Positions 15,888 through 25,242 of a stretch of DNA of 32,483 nt are shown piece by piece. The stretch spans positions 1-32,483 of the forward strand of contig CBEUWV010000001.1 of the NCBI GenBank assembly GCA_965546895.1. Reading direction: 5' to 3'. This stretch comes from an uncultured bacterium. Its GTDB lineage: Bacteria > Acidobacteriota > Holophagae > Thermotomaculales > Thermotomaculaceae. The position numbers and the translations under genes were made by a program. Each line of letters opens with the position of its first letter. Position 1 is the stretch's first letter. A model generated the notes under the pieces. The model did no database searches. It worked only from the letters and a program-made list of their open reading frames with translations, and was not told where the DNA came from.

Positions 15888-17939
15888 ATGGATTTCAGTG
15901 TACGCTGGCTTAGAAAATATATTGAAACAGAACTGGATGCCAACGGCATTGCGGATGTGTTGACGGATCAGGGTTTAACTGTGGATGAAATCCGGCGACA
16001 TGAAGACTCTGTGATTCTGGATATTGATGTGACCACCAACCGCCCGGATGCCATGAACTATCTTGGCCTCGCCCGTGAACTGGTAACATCCGGAAACGGC
16101 ACATTGCTTCCGATACCAAATTCTTCATTTACTGAAACAGGTCCTGCATCAAAAGAAAATATTTCAGTGGAAATCAAGGCACCGGAACTCTGTGGGCGAT
16201 ATGTTGCCCGGGTTGTGAGAAATGTAAAAATCGGGCCTTCCCCTGAATGGATGCAGAAACTTCTACTTGAGGTTGGCATCCGGCCGATCAGCAACGTGGT
16301 GGATATTACGAACTATGTTCTGTGGGAGCTTGGTCATCCCCTGCACGCCTTTGACAGTCGTTTCCTCAAGGGAAACCGGATCGTGGTCAGGCGAGCCGTA
16401 GCCAATGAAACTATGATGACACTGGACAAGGTGGAGCGAAAACTGACGAAGGACGACTTGGTGATTGCGGATGGCGAGCGTCCGGTTGCGCTGGCGGGAA
16501 TTATGGGCGGTGAAAATTCTGAAATTCGAGAAGATACAACAGATGTTGTGATTGAATCGGCATGGTTCAATCCGGTTTGTGTCCGCAAAACATCCAAACG
16601 CCTGGCAATTCATACAGATTCATCCCACCGGTTTGAACGGGGCGCTGATATCGATATCGCATTGACGGCAGCCAACCGCGCGGCGGATCTGATGGCGCAG
16701 TTTGCCGGCGCTGAAGTCGCTCCGGAACCCATAGACGCATATCCTGAACCGTGGAAAGGCCCGGAGATTCTACTGAAATCCGGAAGTCTGAAGCGGATAC
16801 TGGGTATGGAAATTCAGATGGATTTTGTTACCAGAACCCTTGAAGGGCTGGGATTTGTGAAGCTGAAAGAAAACGATGGAAATACACTGTGGCAAGTGCC
16901 TTCCAACCGTCTGGACGTAACCCGTGAAATTGATTTGATCGAGGAAGTGGCCAGAGTATACGGCTACAATCGAATACCATCGACTCTGCCGGGTGTAGAG
17001 AGCCCCGGCAGAATAACACCACCTGAAGAAGCAACTCTGGAGCAGATTGCCTCTGTTTTTACCTCAGGTGGGTTCTTTGAGGCGATTTCCTATTCTTTCT
17101 GCTCACCCGGAGACAACCTGATTTTCAGGTCCGACCTTGAGGATATGGTTCGGATTTCCAACCCCCTTGGTGAAAATACCAGTGTGATGCGTACTTCGAT
17201 TCTGGCTACTCTGATTTCTGTTGCCTCATTGAACCTGAAGCGTGGAAACCTGGCACTGAAGCTATTTGAAACGGGTCGAACTTACCTGCCGGAAGGTGCG
17301 CAGGCGGATGAAAGGATTACATTGGCCGCACTTGCGGTGAAGGGAACCCAGCAAAGGGCCTGGAACGGTCAGGAATTTGGATCGGATGAGTTCAGTTTGA
17401 AAGGCCTTCTGAACAGGTGTGAACAGAAAATTATGGGCAAACTGGCAATTACGTATGGGAAATGCGATTCTTCCGCGTTCAATCCGGAAATGTCTGCCAC
17501 GTTAATTCTGGATGACCGGATGGTCGGTCATATCGGACAGCTTTCTGACGAAGTTCTGGCTCACTTTGACATCGATTATCCGCTGGTGGCCCTTGAACTG
17601 GATTTAGAGGATTTTTTCCGGAAATCGCGGCAGACTATCCGATTCCAGCCATTCAGTATGATGCCCCGCACCGAACGGGACTCGGCTTTTTTGATTGACC
17701 GGAGTATTCATTATGCTGAAATTGAAAGTTTTCTAAAACGTCTGGATGTCCCGTACTTGAAAAACGTTCGTCTCTTTGACCGCTATGAGGGGAAAGGTGT
17801 TCCCAGCGGAAAGGTCAGTATTGCGGTTAATTTTGTTTTTCAGTCCGATGACCAGACACTGAATAATGATGAAATAAATGAGCTGCATCAGAAAATGGTT
17901 GCAGCATTTATTGATAAATTCGGGGCGGTACTCCGATGA
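15888..17939 (+). CDS. pheT: Phenylalanine--tRNA ligase beta subunit, short form lacking the OB-fold (B2) tRNA-binding domain
   Basis: The B1-like N-terminus runs directly into ILDIDVTTNRPDAMNYLGLAREL and the B3_4 domain (CGRYVARVV...ISNVVDITNYVLWELGHPLHAFD). The B5 and C-terminal FDX-ACB-like domains are present. It is 683 aa. Confidence 0.9.
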   Translation: MDFSVRWLRKYIETELDANGIADVLTDQGLTVDEIRRHEDSVILDIDVTTNRPDAMNYLGLARELVTSGNGTLLPIPNSSFTETGPASKENISVEIKAPELCGRYVARVVRNVKIGPSPEWMQKLLLEVGIRPISNVVDITNYVLWELGHPLHAFDSRFLKGNRIVVRRAVANETMMTLDKVERKLTKDDLVIADGERPVALAGIMGGENSEIREDTTDVVIESAWFNPVCVRKTSKRLAIHTDSSHRFERGADIDIALTAANRAADLMAQFAGAEVAPEPIDAYPEPWKGPEILLKSGSLKRILGMEIQMDFVTRTLEGLGFVKLKENDGNTLWQVPSNRLDVTREIDLIEEVARVYGYNRIPSTLPGVESPGRITPPEEATLEQIASVFTSGGFFEAISYSFCSPGDNLIFRSDLEDMVRISNPLGENTSVMRTSILATLISVASLNLKRGNLALKLFETGRTYLPEGAQADERITLAALAVKGTQQRAWNGQEFGSDEFSLKGLLNRCEQKIMGKLAITYGKCDSSAFNPEMSATLILDDRMVGHIGQLSDEVLAHFDIDYPLVALELDLEDFFRKSRQTIRFQPFSMMPRTERDSAFLIDRSIHYAEIESFLKRLDVPYLKNVRLFDRYEGKGVPSGKVSIAVNFVFQSDDQTLNNDEINELHQKMVAAFIDKFGAVLR

Positions 17940-18166
17940 TGAATCGATTGGTTCAGCTGCTGGAAAAAAAAGTTTCACAGTTAGTCCGGGAGTATGAGAC
18001 AATCAAAGAAGAGAATACCGAGCTTAGAAAGCAGGTTGAATTGTTGCAAACGGAGCTTGAGGGTACTCTTGGAAAACCCTCGCATTTAAAGGAAGTTGAA
18101 AGCCGTATTGGCAGTATTATTAACTCAATTGACACGCTGATGGAGCGGGGAAATGGCAATCTATAG
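17936..18166 (+). CDS. Small coiled-coil protein, ZapB-like
   Basis: 76 aa with a heptad-rich sequence (LVQLLEKKVSQLVREYETIKEENTELRKQVELLQTELE). ATGA overlap with pheT, and it overlaps zapA by 14 nt. Confidence 0.6.
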   Translation: MMNRLVQLLEKKVSQLVREYETIKEENTELRKQVELLQTELEGTLGKPSHLKEVESRIGSIINSIDTLMERGNGNL

Positions 18167-18449
18167 CCTTCGCATTTATGGCAAGGAATACAAGATTTCC
18201 TCACGATATGATGAAAGTTATGTGAAGGAGATGGCTCATTTACTCGAATCCAGGATGAAGGAATTGGCGGAAGCAACCGGGAGTGTGGACTTTTACCGTC
18301 TCCTGGTGATGGCATCAATGACTGTTGTGGATGACTATTTTAAACTGATGAAGGAATGCCGTAAAGCGGATCAACCGCAGTTTGCTTCCAAGCTTGAGAG
18401 CATAATCGGAATGATTGAAAGTTCTCTGACAGAAAAGCGGGTCCTGTGA
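18153..18449 (+). CDS. zapA: Cell division protein ZapA
   Basis: 98 aa. YSLRIYGKEYKISSRYDESYVKEMAHLLESRMKELAE is the typical ZapA N-terminal pattern. Confidence 0.8.
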   Translation: MAIYSLRIYGKEYKISSRYDESYVKEMAHLLESRMKELAEATGSVDFYRLLVMASMTVVDDYFKLMKECRKADQPQFASKLESIIGMIESSLTEKRVL

Positions 18450-18610
18450 GACACGTGATGGTGGGGCAATATTGAGCCAACGGAAATGAAACGGGAACGT
18501 GACGCTGCCCGGGTGAGCAAGTCCATCTTGAATGGAAGTCCCGAAGGGTAAGCAGATGTGCCCACCTGGAAGGCCAGGTTCATTATTTCCCGCCACACGA
18601 TTTCACGGGG
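18442..18610 (+). ncRNA. ssrS: Candidate 6S RNA
   Basis: Hand fold. The closing helix pairs 18455-18478 with 18577-18598 (21 bp: 18 WC + 3 GU, two bulges, one mismatch). The central bubble is 18479-18492 / 18564-18576. The terminal irregular stem spans 18493-18563 and ends in the hairpin TCCAT-cttga-ATGGA. The five G-U pairs would be A-C on the other strand, which favours the plus strand. UGAGCC/GGUUCA flank the bubble as I recall for E. coli 6S. The position directly after zapA matches E. coli zapA-ssrS. The ends are approximate. Confidence 0.55.
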
Positions 18611-18656
18611 CCACCTGTTCCTCCACCTGAGCGTGTTGTAACGCTATTGGGAGGAG

Positions 18657-20225
18657 ATGATGGTAATAGCACTTGTTGTAGCGGTGGTTGTGCTGTTCCT
18701 GACCAATCTCGGGCTCATTGTTTTCTATACATCCAGAAAGAAGAAGGACAGCCATCTGCTGGAGGTAACTGAGCAAAAGGCAAAGGAGACATTGCGCCTT
18801 GCAACCGGAGAAGCAGATCAGATCCGACGTCGAGCTGAGCTTGACGCAAAGGAACTGAAGCAGAAAGTCAAAGAAGAGGTTGAGCGGGAAACCACTGAGA
18901 AAAGGAAAGAAATTCAGGAGATGGAGAAACGGCTTCTCCGCAAGGAAGACCTTGTGGAGAAACGGATGACTACGTTGGATTCGAAAGAACAATCCCTGAC
19001 CGACAGAGATGAAAACCTGAAACGTCAGGCGCTTACTCTTGCTCAGAAGGAGCAGGAGATTCAAAAGATTCGGGACGAACAAATTGAAACTCTGGAACGT
19101 ATCTCAGGATTGACCCGGGAAGCCGCAAAGTTTGAAATGATGAAACTTGTGGAAGAAGATGCTCAAAAAAGCGTCACGAAAAAAGTGAAGAAGATGGAGG
19201 AAGAAGCTGAGGTAACTGCACTGCAGAAGGCCAAAAAAATAATCGGTCTTGCCATTCAGAAATCAGCGTCCGATTATGTGGCGGAAGCAACCGTATCGGT
19301 GGTGAACCTGCCAAGCGATGACATGAAGGGCCGTATTATCGGGCGGGAAGGAAGGAACATTCGAGCAATCGAAGCTGCAACGGGTGTTGATTTGATCATT
19401 GACGATACGCCTGAAGCGGTAATCGTTTCTTCTTTCGATCCCATTCGCAGGCAAGTTGCAAGACTGTCTCTTGAACGCTTGATTGCAGATGGCCGGATTC
19501 ATCCGGGCCGGATTGAAGAGATTGTCGAAAAAGTAAAAATGGAACTGGATGCCCAGATCAAGGAAGAGGGTGAAAACACAGTGTATGAGCTGGGCGTCGG
19601 CGAGATTCATCCCAAACTGATCAAATTGATCGGAAGATTGAAGTTCCGTACAAGCTATGGACAGAACATACTCCACCATTCAAAAGAAGTGGCATACATC
19701 GCAACTTTTATGGCTCAGGAATTGGGTGCGGATGTGAAAATCGCAAAACGGGGTGCCCTGTTTCATGACATTGGCAAGGCCATTGACAAGGAAATTGAAG
19801 GAACCCACGTTGAGATCGGCGTAGATTTACTGAGACGGTTTGGCGAATCAGAGCCGGTGATTCATTGTGTTCAGGCTCATCATGGTGATGTGGAAATGAC
19901 AACCCTTGAAGCTGTCATTGTTCAGTCTGCAGACGCTTTGTCTGCCGCACGGCCGGGAGCGCGCCGCGAAATCCTTGAAACCTACATCCGGCGCCTGGAA
20001 AAACTGGAAGAACTGGGCCGCTCTTTCGAGGGTGTGTCCAAGAGTTATGCCATCCAGGCGGGCCGTGAAATCCGTGTAATTGTGAAAAGCAATGAAGTAG
20101 ATGATGATAAAGTTTTCTGGTTGTCCAAGGGACTGGCAAAGAAGATTGAAGAAGAACTGGACTACCCGGGTCAGATTAAGGTAACAGTGATACGGGAAAC
20201 CCGCGCTGTAGAATACGCAAAGTAA
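18657..20225 (+). CDS. rny: Ribonuclease Y
   Basis: N-terminal TM, a long charged coiled coil, KH domain ([15 protein letters not shown]) and HD domain (HHSKEVAYI...LFHDIGK). Confidence 0.95.
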   Translation: MMVIALVVAVVVLFLTNLGLIVFYTSRKKKDSHLLEVTEQKAKETLRLATGEADQIRRRAELDAKELKQKVKEEVERETTEKRKEIQEMEKRLLRKEDLVEKRMTTLDSKEQSLTDRDENLKRQALTLAQKEQEIQKIRDEQIETLERISGLTREAAKFEMMKLVEEDAQKSVTKKVKKMEEEAEVTALQKAKKIIGLAIQKSASDYVAEATVSVVNLPSDDMKGRIIGREGRNIRAIEAATGVDLIIDDTPEAVIVSSFDPIRRQVARLSLERLIADGRIHPGRIEEIVEKVKMELDAQIKEEGENTVYELGVGEIHPKLIKLIGRLKFRTSYGQNILHHSKEVAYIATFMAQELGADVKIAKRGALFHDIGKAIDKEIEGTHVEIGVDLLRRFGESEPVIHCVQAHHGDVEMTTLEAVIVQSADALSAARPGARREILETYIRRLEKLEELGRSFEGVSKSYAIQAGREIRVIVKSNEVDDDKVFWLSKGLAKKIEEELDYPGQIKVTVIRETRAVEYAK

Positions 20226-20263
20226 GCGGGATAGAAAGTGCAGATGCTCAGGCAGGGAAAAGC

Positions 20264-21046
20264 ATGATTCGTATCCTGTTTATCGGTGATATCATCGGGC
20301 GGTCCGGTCGCAAGGCAGTTCAAAAGGAGTTGCCTCATTTGGTGGCTGAACGAAAGCCGGACCTGATTGTTGCCAATTGCGAGAACCTGGCCCATGGATT
20401 CGGGATTACCTCAGATACTATTGAAGAGATGACCACGGCTGGTATCCAGTGTTTTACGTCCGGGAACCACATTTTTGACAAGAAAGAGGCCCGAACGCTG
20501 CTGGAAGACCGACCTTATATCCTGCGGCCGATGAATTATCCTCCGGAAGTTCCGGGAAACGGTTCGTTGACCATCCCTCTACCCGGGGGCCGAAGCGTAA
20601 CAGTGGTCAGTATGCTGGGCCGGGCTTTTATGCCGCCGGTGGATTGCCCCTTCAGAACGATGGATCGTTTTCTGGAAGGGAGAGACACTGATATCATACT
20701 GGTGGATTTCCATGGTGAGGCCACTGCGGAAAAGGCGGCGTTTTCCTATGAGTTTGACGGAAAAGTAACGGCTGTGATTGGAACGCATACCCACGTACAG
20801 ACTGCAGATGAACGGACTTTGCCCAACGGCACTGCCTTTCTGACAGATGCAGGGATGACGGGGGCAATGGATTCTGTTATCGGAGTAGAGAAAGAAACTG
20901 CCATTCGGCGGATGCGGACAGGAATCAATGAACATCTGACTCCCGCGAAGGGTATGTATTGGCTTTGCGGGTGTGAGGTAACAGTGGAAGGCAATGGGCG
21001 CGCCGCCATTGAACGAATCATGATAAAGTCCAGGAAAGGAAAATAA
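20264..21046 (+). CDS. ymdB: TIGR00282-family metallophosphoesterase (YmdB-like 2',3'-cyclic-nucleotide phosphodiesterase)
   Basis: MIRILFIGDIIGRSGRKAV...NCENLAHGFGIT...GNHIFDK...DFHGEATAEK...GTHTHVQTADE. It lies directly downstream of rny, as in Bacillus subtilis. Confidence 0.9.
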   Translation: MIRILFIGDIIGRSGRKAVQKELPHLVAERKPDLIVANCENLAHGFGITSDTIEEMTTAGIQCFTSGNHIFDKKEARTLLEDRPYILRPMNYPPEVPGNGSLTIPLPGGRSVTVVSMLGRAFMPPVDCPFRTMDRFLEGRDTDIILVDFHGEATAEKAAFSYEFDGKVTAVIGTHTHVQTADERTLPNGTAFLTDAGMTGAMDSVIGVEKETAIRRMRTGINEHLTPAKGMYWLCGCEVTVEGNGRAAIERIMIKSRKGK

Positions 21047-21047
21047 A

Positions 21048-21323
21048 ATGGAACTTGAAGAAATTTCAATTGAACGATATGACGAAGGTGAACTGGTTTT
21101 AAAAGAAGAAGATAAATTCATTCTCTCGAAAGGGGCATGGTCCACGGTTATGTACCTGTATCGGGAACTGGGAAGGGACGGGGAATTTGGCGATCTGAAG
21201 GTACGACTGGTTCGGTATCAAAAAAGAAAGGGCCAATACCGGGCGCACTCCAAATTCAATCTGACCGGCCCGAAGCAGATTCACCAGGTAGTGGATAAGC
21301 TGACAGAATGGATTCCCAAATAA
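21048..21323 (+). CDS. Hypothetical 91-aa protein, translationally coupled between ymdB and rsmA
   Basis: The ATG is 1 nt after the ymdB stop, and the 3' end overlaps the rsmA start by 16 nt. It has an acidic N-terminus and a basic core (KVRLVRYQKRKGQYRAHSKFNLTG). I recognise no family. Confidence 0.55.
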   Translation: MELEEISIERYDEGELVLKEEDKFILSKGAWSTVMYLYRELGRDGEFGDLKVRLVRYQKRKGQYRAHSKFNLTGPKQIHQVVDKLTEWIPK

Positions 21324-22081
21324 GGCGGAAAAAGTATTTCGGACAACATTTTCTTACAAATCCCGAAACTGCGGAGCGAATTGTTGGTTTTCTGAAATGG
21401 GGCGGTTCTGTTGTTGAGATCGGGCCCGGCGATGGCATTCTGACGGAAGTTCTCCTGAGCCGGGGCCAGCGGATACACGCTGTGGAGCGTGACCCGGAAC
21501 TGATTCCAGTTTTAAAAGAGCGGTTTGGAAACGAGCTTGACATTGTTTCCGGGGATGCACTTGACCTTATGGAAAAAATGCCGGAAACCTGGGGACAGAC
21601 GGCGGTCGTTTCCAATCTTCCCTACAACATTGCATCACCATTGACATTTTTATTCTGCAGAAATGTCATACGGATTCCAGAAATGGTTCTCATGTTTCAG
21701 AGGGAAGTGGCGGACAAAGTGGTATCAGAATCCGGCCCATTGAATCTGGCCGTATTGCCATTTTTTGAAACAGAACGGGTCATGACACTGAAGCCTGCCA
21801 GCTTCAGCCCTCCGCCCAAAGTGAACTCTGCCGTGATTCATTTTATTCGCAGAGAGAAATTTGAGGTGGAACCTGAGGCTGAATACTTTCGATTCTGCCG
21901 CTGGATTTTTGAAAATCGGCGGAAAATGTTGTATAAAAATCTTATGAGAAAACGGAACAACGCAATATTTGGGATTTTTCAAAAACTGAAATTGTCTCAA
22001 TCAGTGAGGGTAGACCAGTTGTCATCCCCACAGTTGATGGCCCTGTACAGAGAGGTGAAAACAAATGGCATACAATTATAA
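21308..22081 (+). CDS. rsmA: 16S rRNA (adenine1518/1519-N6)-dimethyltransferase
   Basis: YFGQHFL, SAM motif VVEIGPGDGILT, and SNLPYNIASP. Confidence 0.95.
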   Translation: MDSQIRRKKYFGQHFLTNPETAERIVGFLKWGGSVVEIGPGDGILTEVLLSRGQRIHAVERDPELIPVLKERFGNELDIVSGDALDLMEKMPETWGQTAVVSNLPYNIASPLTFLFCRNVIRIPEMVLMFQREVADKVVSESGPLNLAVLPFFETERVMTLKPASFSPPPKVNSAVIHFIRREKFEVEPEAEYFRFCRWIFENRRKMLYKNLMRKRNNAIFGIFQKLKLSQSVRVDQLSSPQLMALYREVKTNGIQL

Positions 22082-23765
22082 TCCCGGAACTCTGCAGATT
22101 CTTCCAATTGGTGGTGTCGGTGAATTCGGCATGAACGCTACTCTGTACCGCTACAATGACACAGCCTTGATTGTGGATGCAGGGGTCATGTTTCCGGACA
22201 CGGACCAGCCCGGTGTGAATTTGATTGTGCCGGATTACACGGTCCTGAAGGAAATCGGCGTTTCCGGGCTCATTGCTGCGGCAGTGATTACCCATGGCCA
22301 CGAAGACCATATCGGGGGCGTACCCTTTCTTTGCCATGACCTTGAACGGGATATGGAGATTTACGGAACCAGACTCACCTGTGGATTTATCCGAAAAAGA
22401 ATGGAAGAACACCGCTTTGACCACAAGGTAAATCTCCATGAAGTGACTGCGGGAGAAACCTTGAGCTTTGGGGAAATTAAAGTGCATTTGCTTCGGGTAA
22501 CCCATAGCATCGTGGATTGTGTATCACTGGTTATTGAATCCCCGGCGGGGACTGCATTTCATACCGGTGATTTCAAAGTGGACCAGACACCAATTGATGG
22601 GAAAAATTTTGATTTTGCGGGGTTTGCAGCATGGGGCCGCAAAGGTGTCAATGTTCTGCTATCAGATTCCACCAACATAGCGAGGGAAGGCTATACTCTT
22701 TCCGAACGCACAGTGGGTGACTCGCTGCGGGAAATTATCGAATCCAGCCGACAGAAAGTGATTGTGGCCTGTTTTTCAAGCCACATTCATCGTATTCAAC
22801 AGATTGTCAACATTGCGAAGGAATTGAACCGAAGGGTTGTACTTCTTGGAAGGAGCCTGGAAAACTCGATGGCTGTAGCCCGCCAATTGGGTTATCTGAA
22901 AATGCCCGCCGGTGTTATGGCCAATAAAGAAGAGATTCGAGATATTCCTGAACATCGCCTCATTATCATTACCACAGGTTCCCAGGGGGAACCCATGTCT
23001 GCCCTGTCGAGAATTGTGCGGGGAGAAACGAAACAAGTGGAAATCTATCCCGGTGACACTATTATCATCTCCGCAAAAACCATTCCAGGAAATGAAAAAT
23101 CCGTCATGAGAATTATCAACAGTCTGTACCGGATGGAGGCAGAGGTCCATTACGAGGAAATCTCCGAAGTCCACGTGTCCGGTCACGCAAGTCGGGAAGA
23201 GTTGAAACTCGTCTTCAGTTTGCTGATGCCCCATAATTTTGTTCCGATTCATGGGGACCGGATGCAGCTGGTTCACCACGCCGGTCTGGCGAAAGAAATG
23301 GGACTGGAGCGGCGCAGGATTCTTGTGGTAGACAGCGGGGATATTCTGGAACTTGCAGATGATAAAGTACGAAAAATCGACTCCATTGAAATCAACCGCC
23401 GCTTCATTGAGGGCGATCGTTTTGAGGAACTGGAGGACATCGCCCTTCGGGATCGACGCCAACTTTCGGAAGACGGGCTGATTGTGGTCACCCTGATGGT
23501 GGATGAGAAATCCGCAGAACTGGTTGGCGACGTCGAAGTAATTACGCGGGGCTTTCTGCTCCTGTCTGATGATGAAGCCGAAATGGTCCAGATTCGGGAC
23601 CGGGTTCGCCGTCGTTTTTCAGAGATGAAAAGAAATGAACGATTGAACTGGGAAGCGGTTCGCCCGAAGATAAGGTCTACGCTCAGAAGCTACTTCAGAA
23701 AGCGGATGAACAGTTTCCCCGTCATTCTCCCAATCATCCTCACGGTTCCGAGAGGCAAGAAATAG
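22065..23765 (+). CDS. rnj: Ribonuclease J
   Basis: Metallo-beta-lactamase/beta-CASP motifs ILPIGGVGEFGMN, ITHGHEDHIGGVPFL, HTGDFK and HVSGHASREEL. Confidence 0.95.
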   Translation: MAYNYNPGTLQILPIGGVGEFGMNATLYRYNDTALIVDAGVMFPDTDQPGVNLIVPDYTVLKEIGVSGLIAAAVITHGHEDHIGGVPFLCHDLERDMEIYGTRLTCGFIRKRMEEHRFDHKVNLHEVTAGETLSFGEIKVHLLRVTHSIVDCVSLVIESPAGTAFHTGDFKVDQTPIDGKNFDFAGFAAWGRKGVNVLLSDSTNIAREGYTLSERTVGDSLREIIESSRQKVIVACFSSHIHRIQQIVNIAKELNRRVVLLGRSLENSMAVARQLGYLKMPAGVMANKEEIRDIPEHRLIIITTGSQGEPMSALSRIVRGETKQVEIYPGDTIIISAKTIPGNEKSVMRIINSLYRMEAEVHYEEISEVHVSGHASREELKLVFSLLMPHNFVPIHGDRMQLVHHAGLAKEMGLERRRILVVDSGDILELADDKVRKIDSIEINRRFIEGDRFEELEDIALRDRRQLSEDGLIVVTLMVDEKSAELVGDVEVITRGFLLLSDDEAEMVQIRDRVRRRFSEMKRNERLNWEAVRPKIRSTLRSYFRKRMNSFPVILPIILTVPRGKK

Positions 23766-23785
23766 GACAAATCCTTTTGTAGATA

Positions 23786-23879
23786 GTGCATGGTGGATAG
23801 TGAAAGACGGGGAAGGGGCTGTTTCCCGCCTCTCTTTTCTGCGTCACCTGTCACTCATCACCCATCACTTCTTCCGGTC
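23786..23879 (+). repeat. Phased intergenic element: (GTGnnnn)x3, a G/A run, a C/T run, then (TCACnnn)x4
   Basis: GTG occurs at 23786, 23793 and 23800. GGGGAAGGGGC-tgtt-TCCCGCCTCTCTTTTC follows. TCAC occurs at 23844, 23851, 23858 and 23865. The two arms pair in register as GTG(G/A)/TCAC blocks separated by 3-nt mismatches. Confidence 0.85.
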
Positions 23880-23909
23880 AGAACACTTTTTCTTTACCTG
23901 ACAATGAGC

Positions 23910-23939
23910 TTGCAATTTGTCAGCGGTATCTGGTATCGT
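23910..23939 (+). promoter_or_regulatory. Candidate promoter for pyrH-frr (TTGCAA ... TGgTATCGT extended -10)
   Basis: TTGCAA (23910-23915), an 18-nt spacer, then TATCGT (23934-23939) preceded by TGg. The -10 ends 7 nt before the pyrH ATG. Confidence 0.4.
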
Positions 23940-23945
23940 AACAAC

Positions 23946-24692
23946 ATGAAAAATGAAGAGAGAAAGCCGATTTACAAACGCGTTCTGCTGAAACTCAGTG
24001 GAGAAGCGTTGATGGGGGACAAGAGCTTTGGTATTGACAATAGTATTGTCCGGCGCCTGGCAGAGGAAATAGCTGAAATCCATCAGATGGGTGTGCAGAT
24101 CGGGATTGTCATTGGAGCAGGTAACATATTCCGGGGAGTTTCCGGAAGCGAAGCCGGAATGGACCGGGTAACCGGGGACTACATGGGTATGATGGCGACC
24201 CTTATCAACTGCCTTTCTCTCCAAGATGCCATTGAAAAGCAGGACATTCCCACCCGGGTACTTTCCGCACTGGAAGTTCGGGCAGTGGCGGAGACCTTTA
24301 TCCGTCGGCGGGCGATTCGCCATCTGGAAAAGGGCAGAATTGTTATTTTCGGGGCAGGTACCGGCAATCCGTTTTTCACAACCGACACCGCAGCATCACT
24401 GAGGGCGAATGAAATTGGCGCTGACGTGCTGCTGAAAGCCACAAAGGTTGATGGCGTATATACTTCGGACCCGGTCACCCATCCGGATGCGCGTTTTTTG
24501 AAAGAAATAGACTACATGAGCGTATTGAAGCAGGGGTTACGGGTAATGGACTCCACCTCAATATCACTCAGCATGGAAAATAACCTGGAAATCATTGTTT
24601 TCAGCATGATTCAACCGGGGAATCTGGTCAGAATAGTACTTGGCGAACCCGTAGGAACGAAAGTAAGAAAGGAAGGAGGCTCAGATGATTAA
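23946..24692 (+). CDS. pyrH: UMP kinase
   Basis: [24 protein letters not shown]...GAGNIFRG...[11 protein letters not shown]. The start is set at residue 53 of the ORF-track ORF. The upstream part translates the TCAC repeat element and is not homologous to PyrH. Confidence 0.93.
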   Translation: MKNEERKPIYKRVLLKLSGEALMGDKSFGIDNSIVRRLAEEIAEIHQMGVQIGIVIGAGNIFRGVSGSEAGMDRVTGDYMGMMATLINCLSLQDAIEKQDIPTRVLSALEVRAVAETFIRRRAIRHLEKGRIVIFGAGTGNPFFTTDTAASLRANEIGADVLLKATKVDGVYTSDPVTHPDARFLKEIDYMSVLKQGLRVMDSTSISLSMENNLEIIVFSMIQPGNLVRIVLGEPVGTKVRKEGGSDD

Positions 24693-25242
24693 GGAAGTTT
24701 TGCAGGATGCAGAATCCCACATGAAAAAAACTGTAGAAGTGTTCAAAAAGGAGCTGTCCTCCCTTCGAACCGGGCGGGCCTCCGTTACGATTTTTGACGG
24801 GATTCGTGTGGATTATTTTGGTTCTGAAATGCCATTGAACCAGCTGGCTACTCTGTCATCTCCCGATGCAACGCTGGTGGTGATTTCACCCTTTGATGTC
24901 GGGACCATTACCCTAATCGAGAAGGCGATTCAAAGTTCCGATCTTGGACTGAATCCAAACAATGACGGGAAGATTATTCGCGTACCCATTCCCCCACTGA
25001 CAGAAGAACGGCGTAAGACATTGAGCAAAAAAATTCAGGAATATGAAGAACAGTGCAAGATAGCCGTTCGCAACATCCGCAGGGACGCCCGTGATCAAGC
25101 TAAGGAAATGTTGAAAGAGAAAATGATTTCGGAAGATGATGAGCACAAATGCGAGGATGAAATCCAGAAGCTGACGGACAAATATGCTGAAAGCATTACT
25201 GAAATTTCAAAGAAAAAGCAAGCTGACATTATGGAAGTTTAG
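24685..25242 (+). CDS. frr: Ribosome recycling factor
   Basis: 185 aa. [21 protein letters not shown]..., [23 protein letters not shown]. 8-nt overlap with pyrH. Confidence 0.95.
   Translation: MIKEVLQDAESHMKKTVEVFKKELSSLRTGRASVTIFDGIRVDYFGSEMPLNQLATLSSPDATLVVISPFDVGTITLIEKAIQSSDLGLNPNNDGKIIRVPIPPLTEERRKTLSKKIQEYEEQCKIAVRNIRRDARDQAKEMLKEKMISEDDEHKCEDEIQKLTDKYAESITEISKKKQADIMEV

Noticed and set aside
23790-23945. 52-residue N-terminal extension of pyrH in the ORF track.
   Set aside because: It translates the TCAC heptad element (…VTHHPSLL…). The same pseudo-peptide appears at the 11428 locus, and PyrH homology begins at M53.
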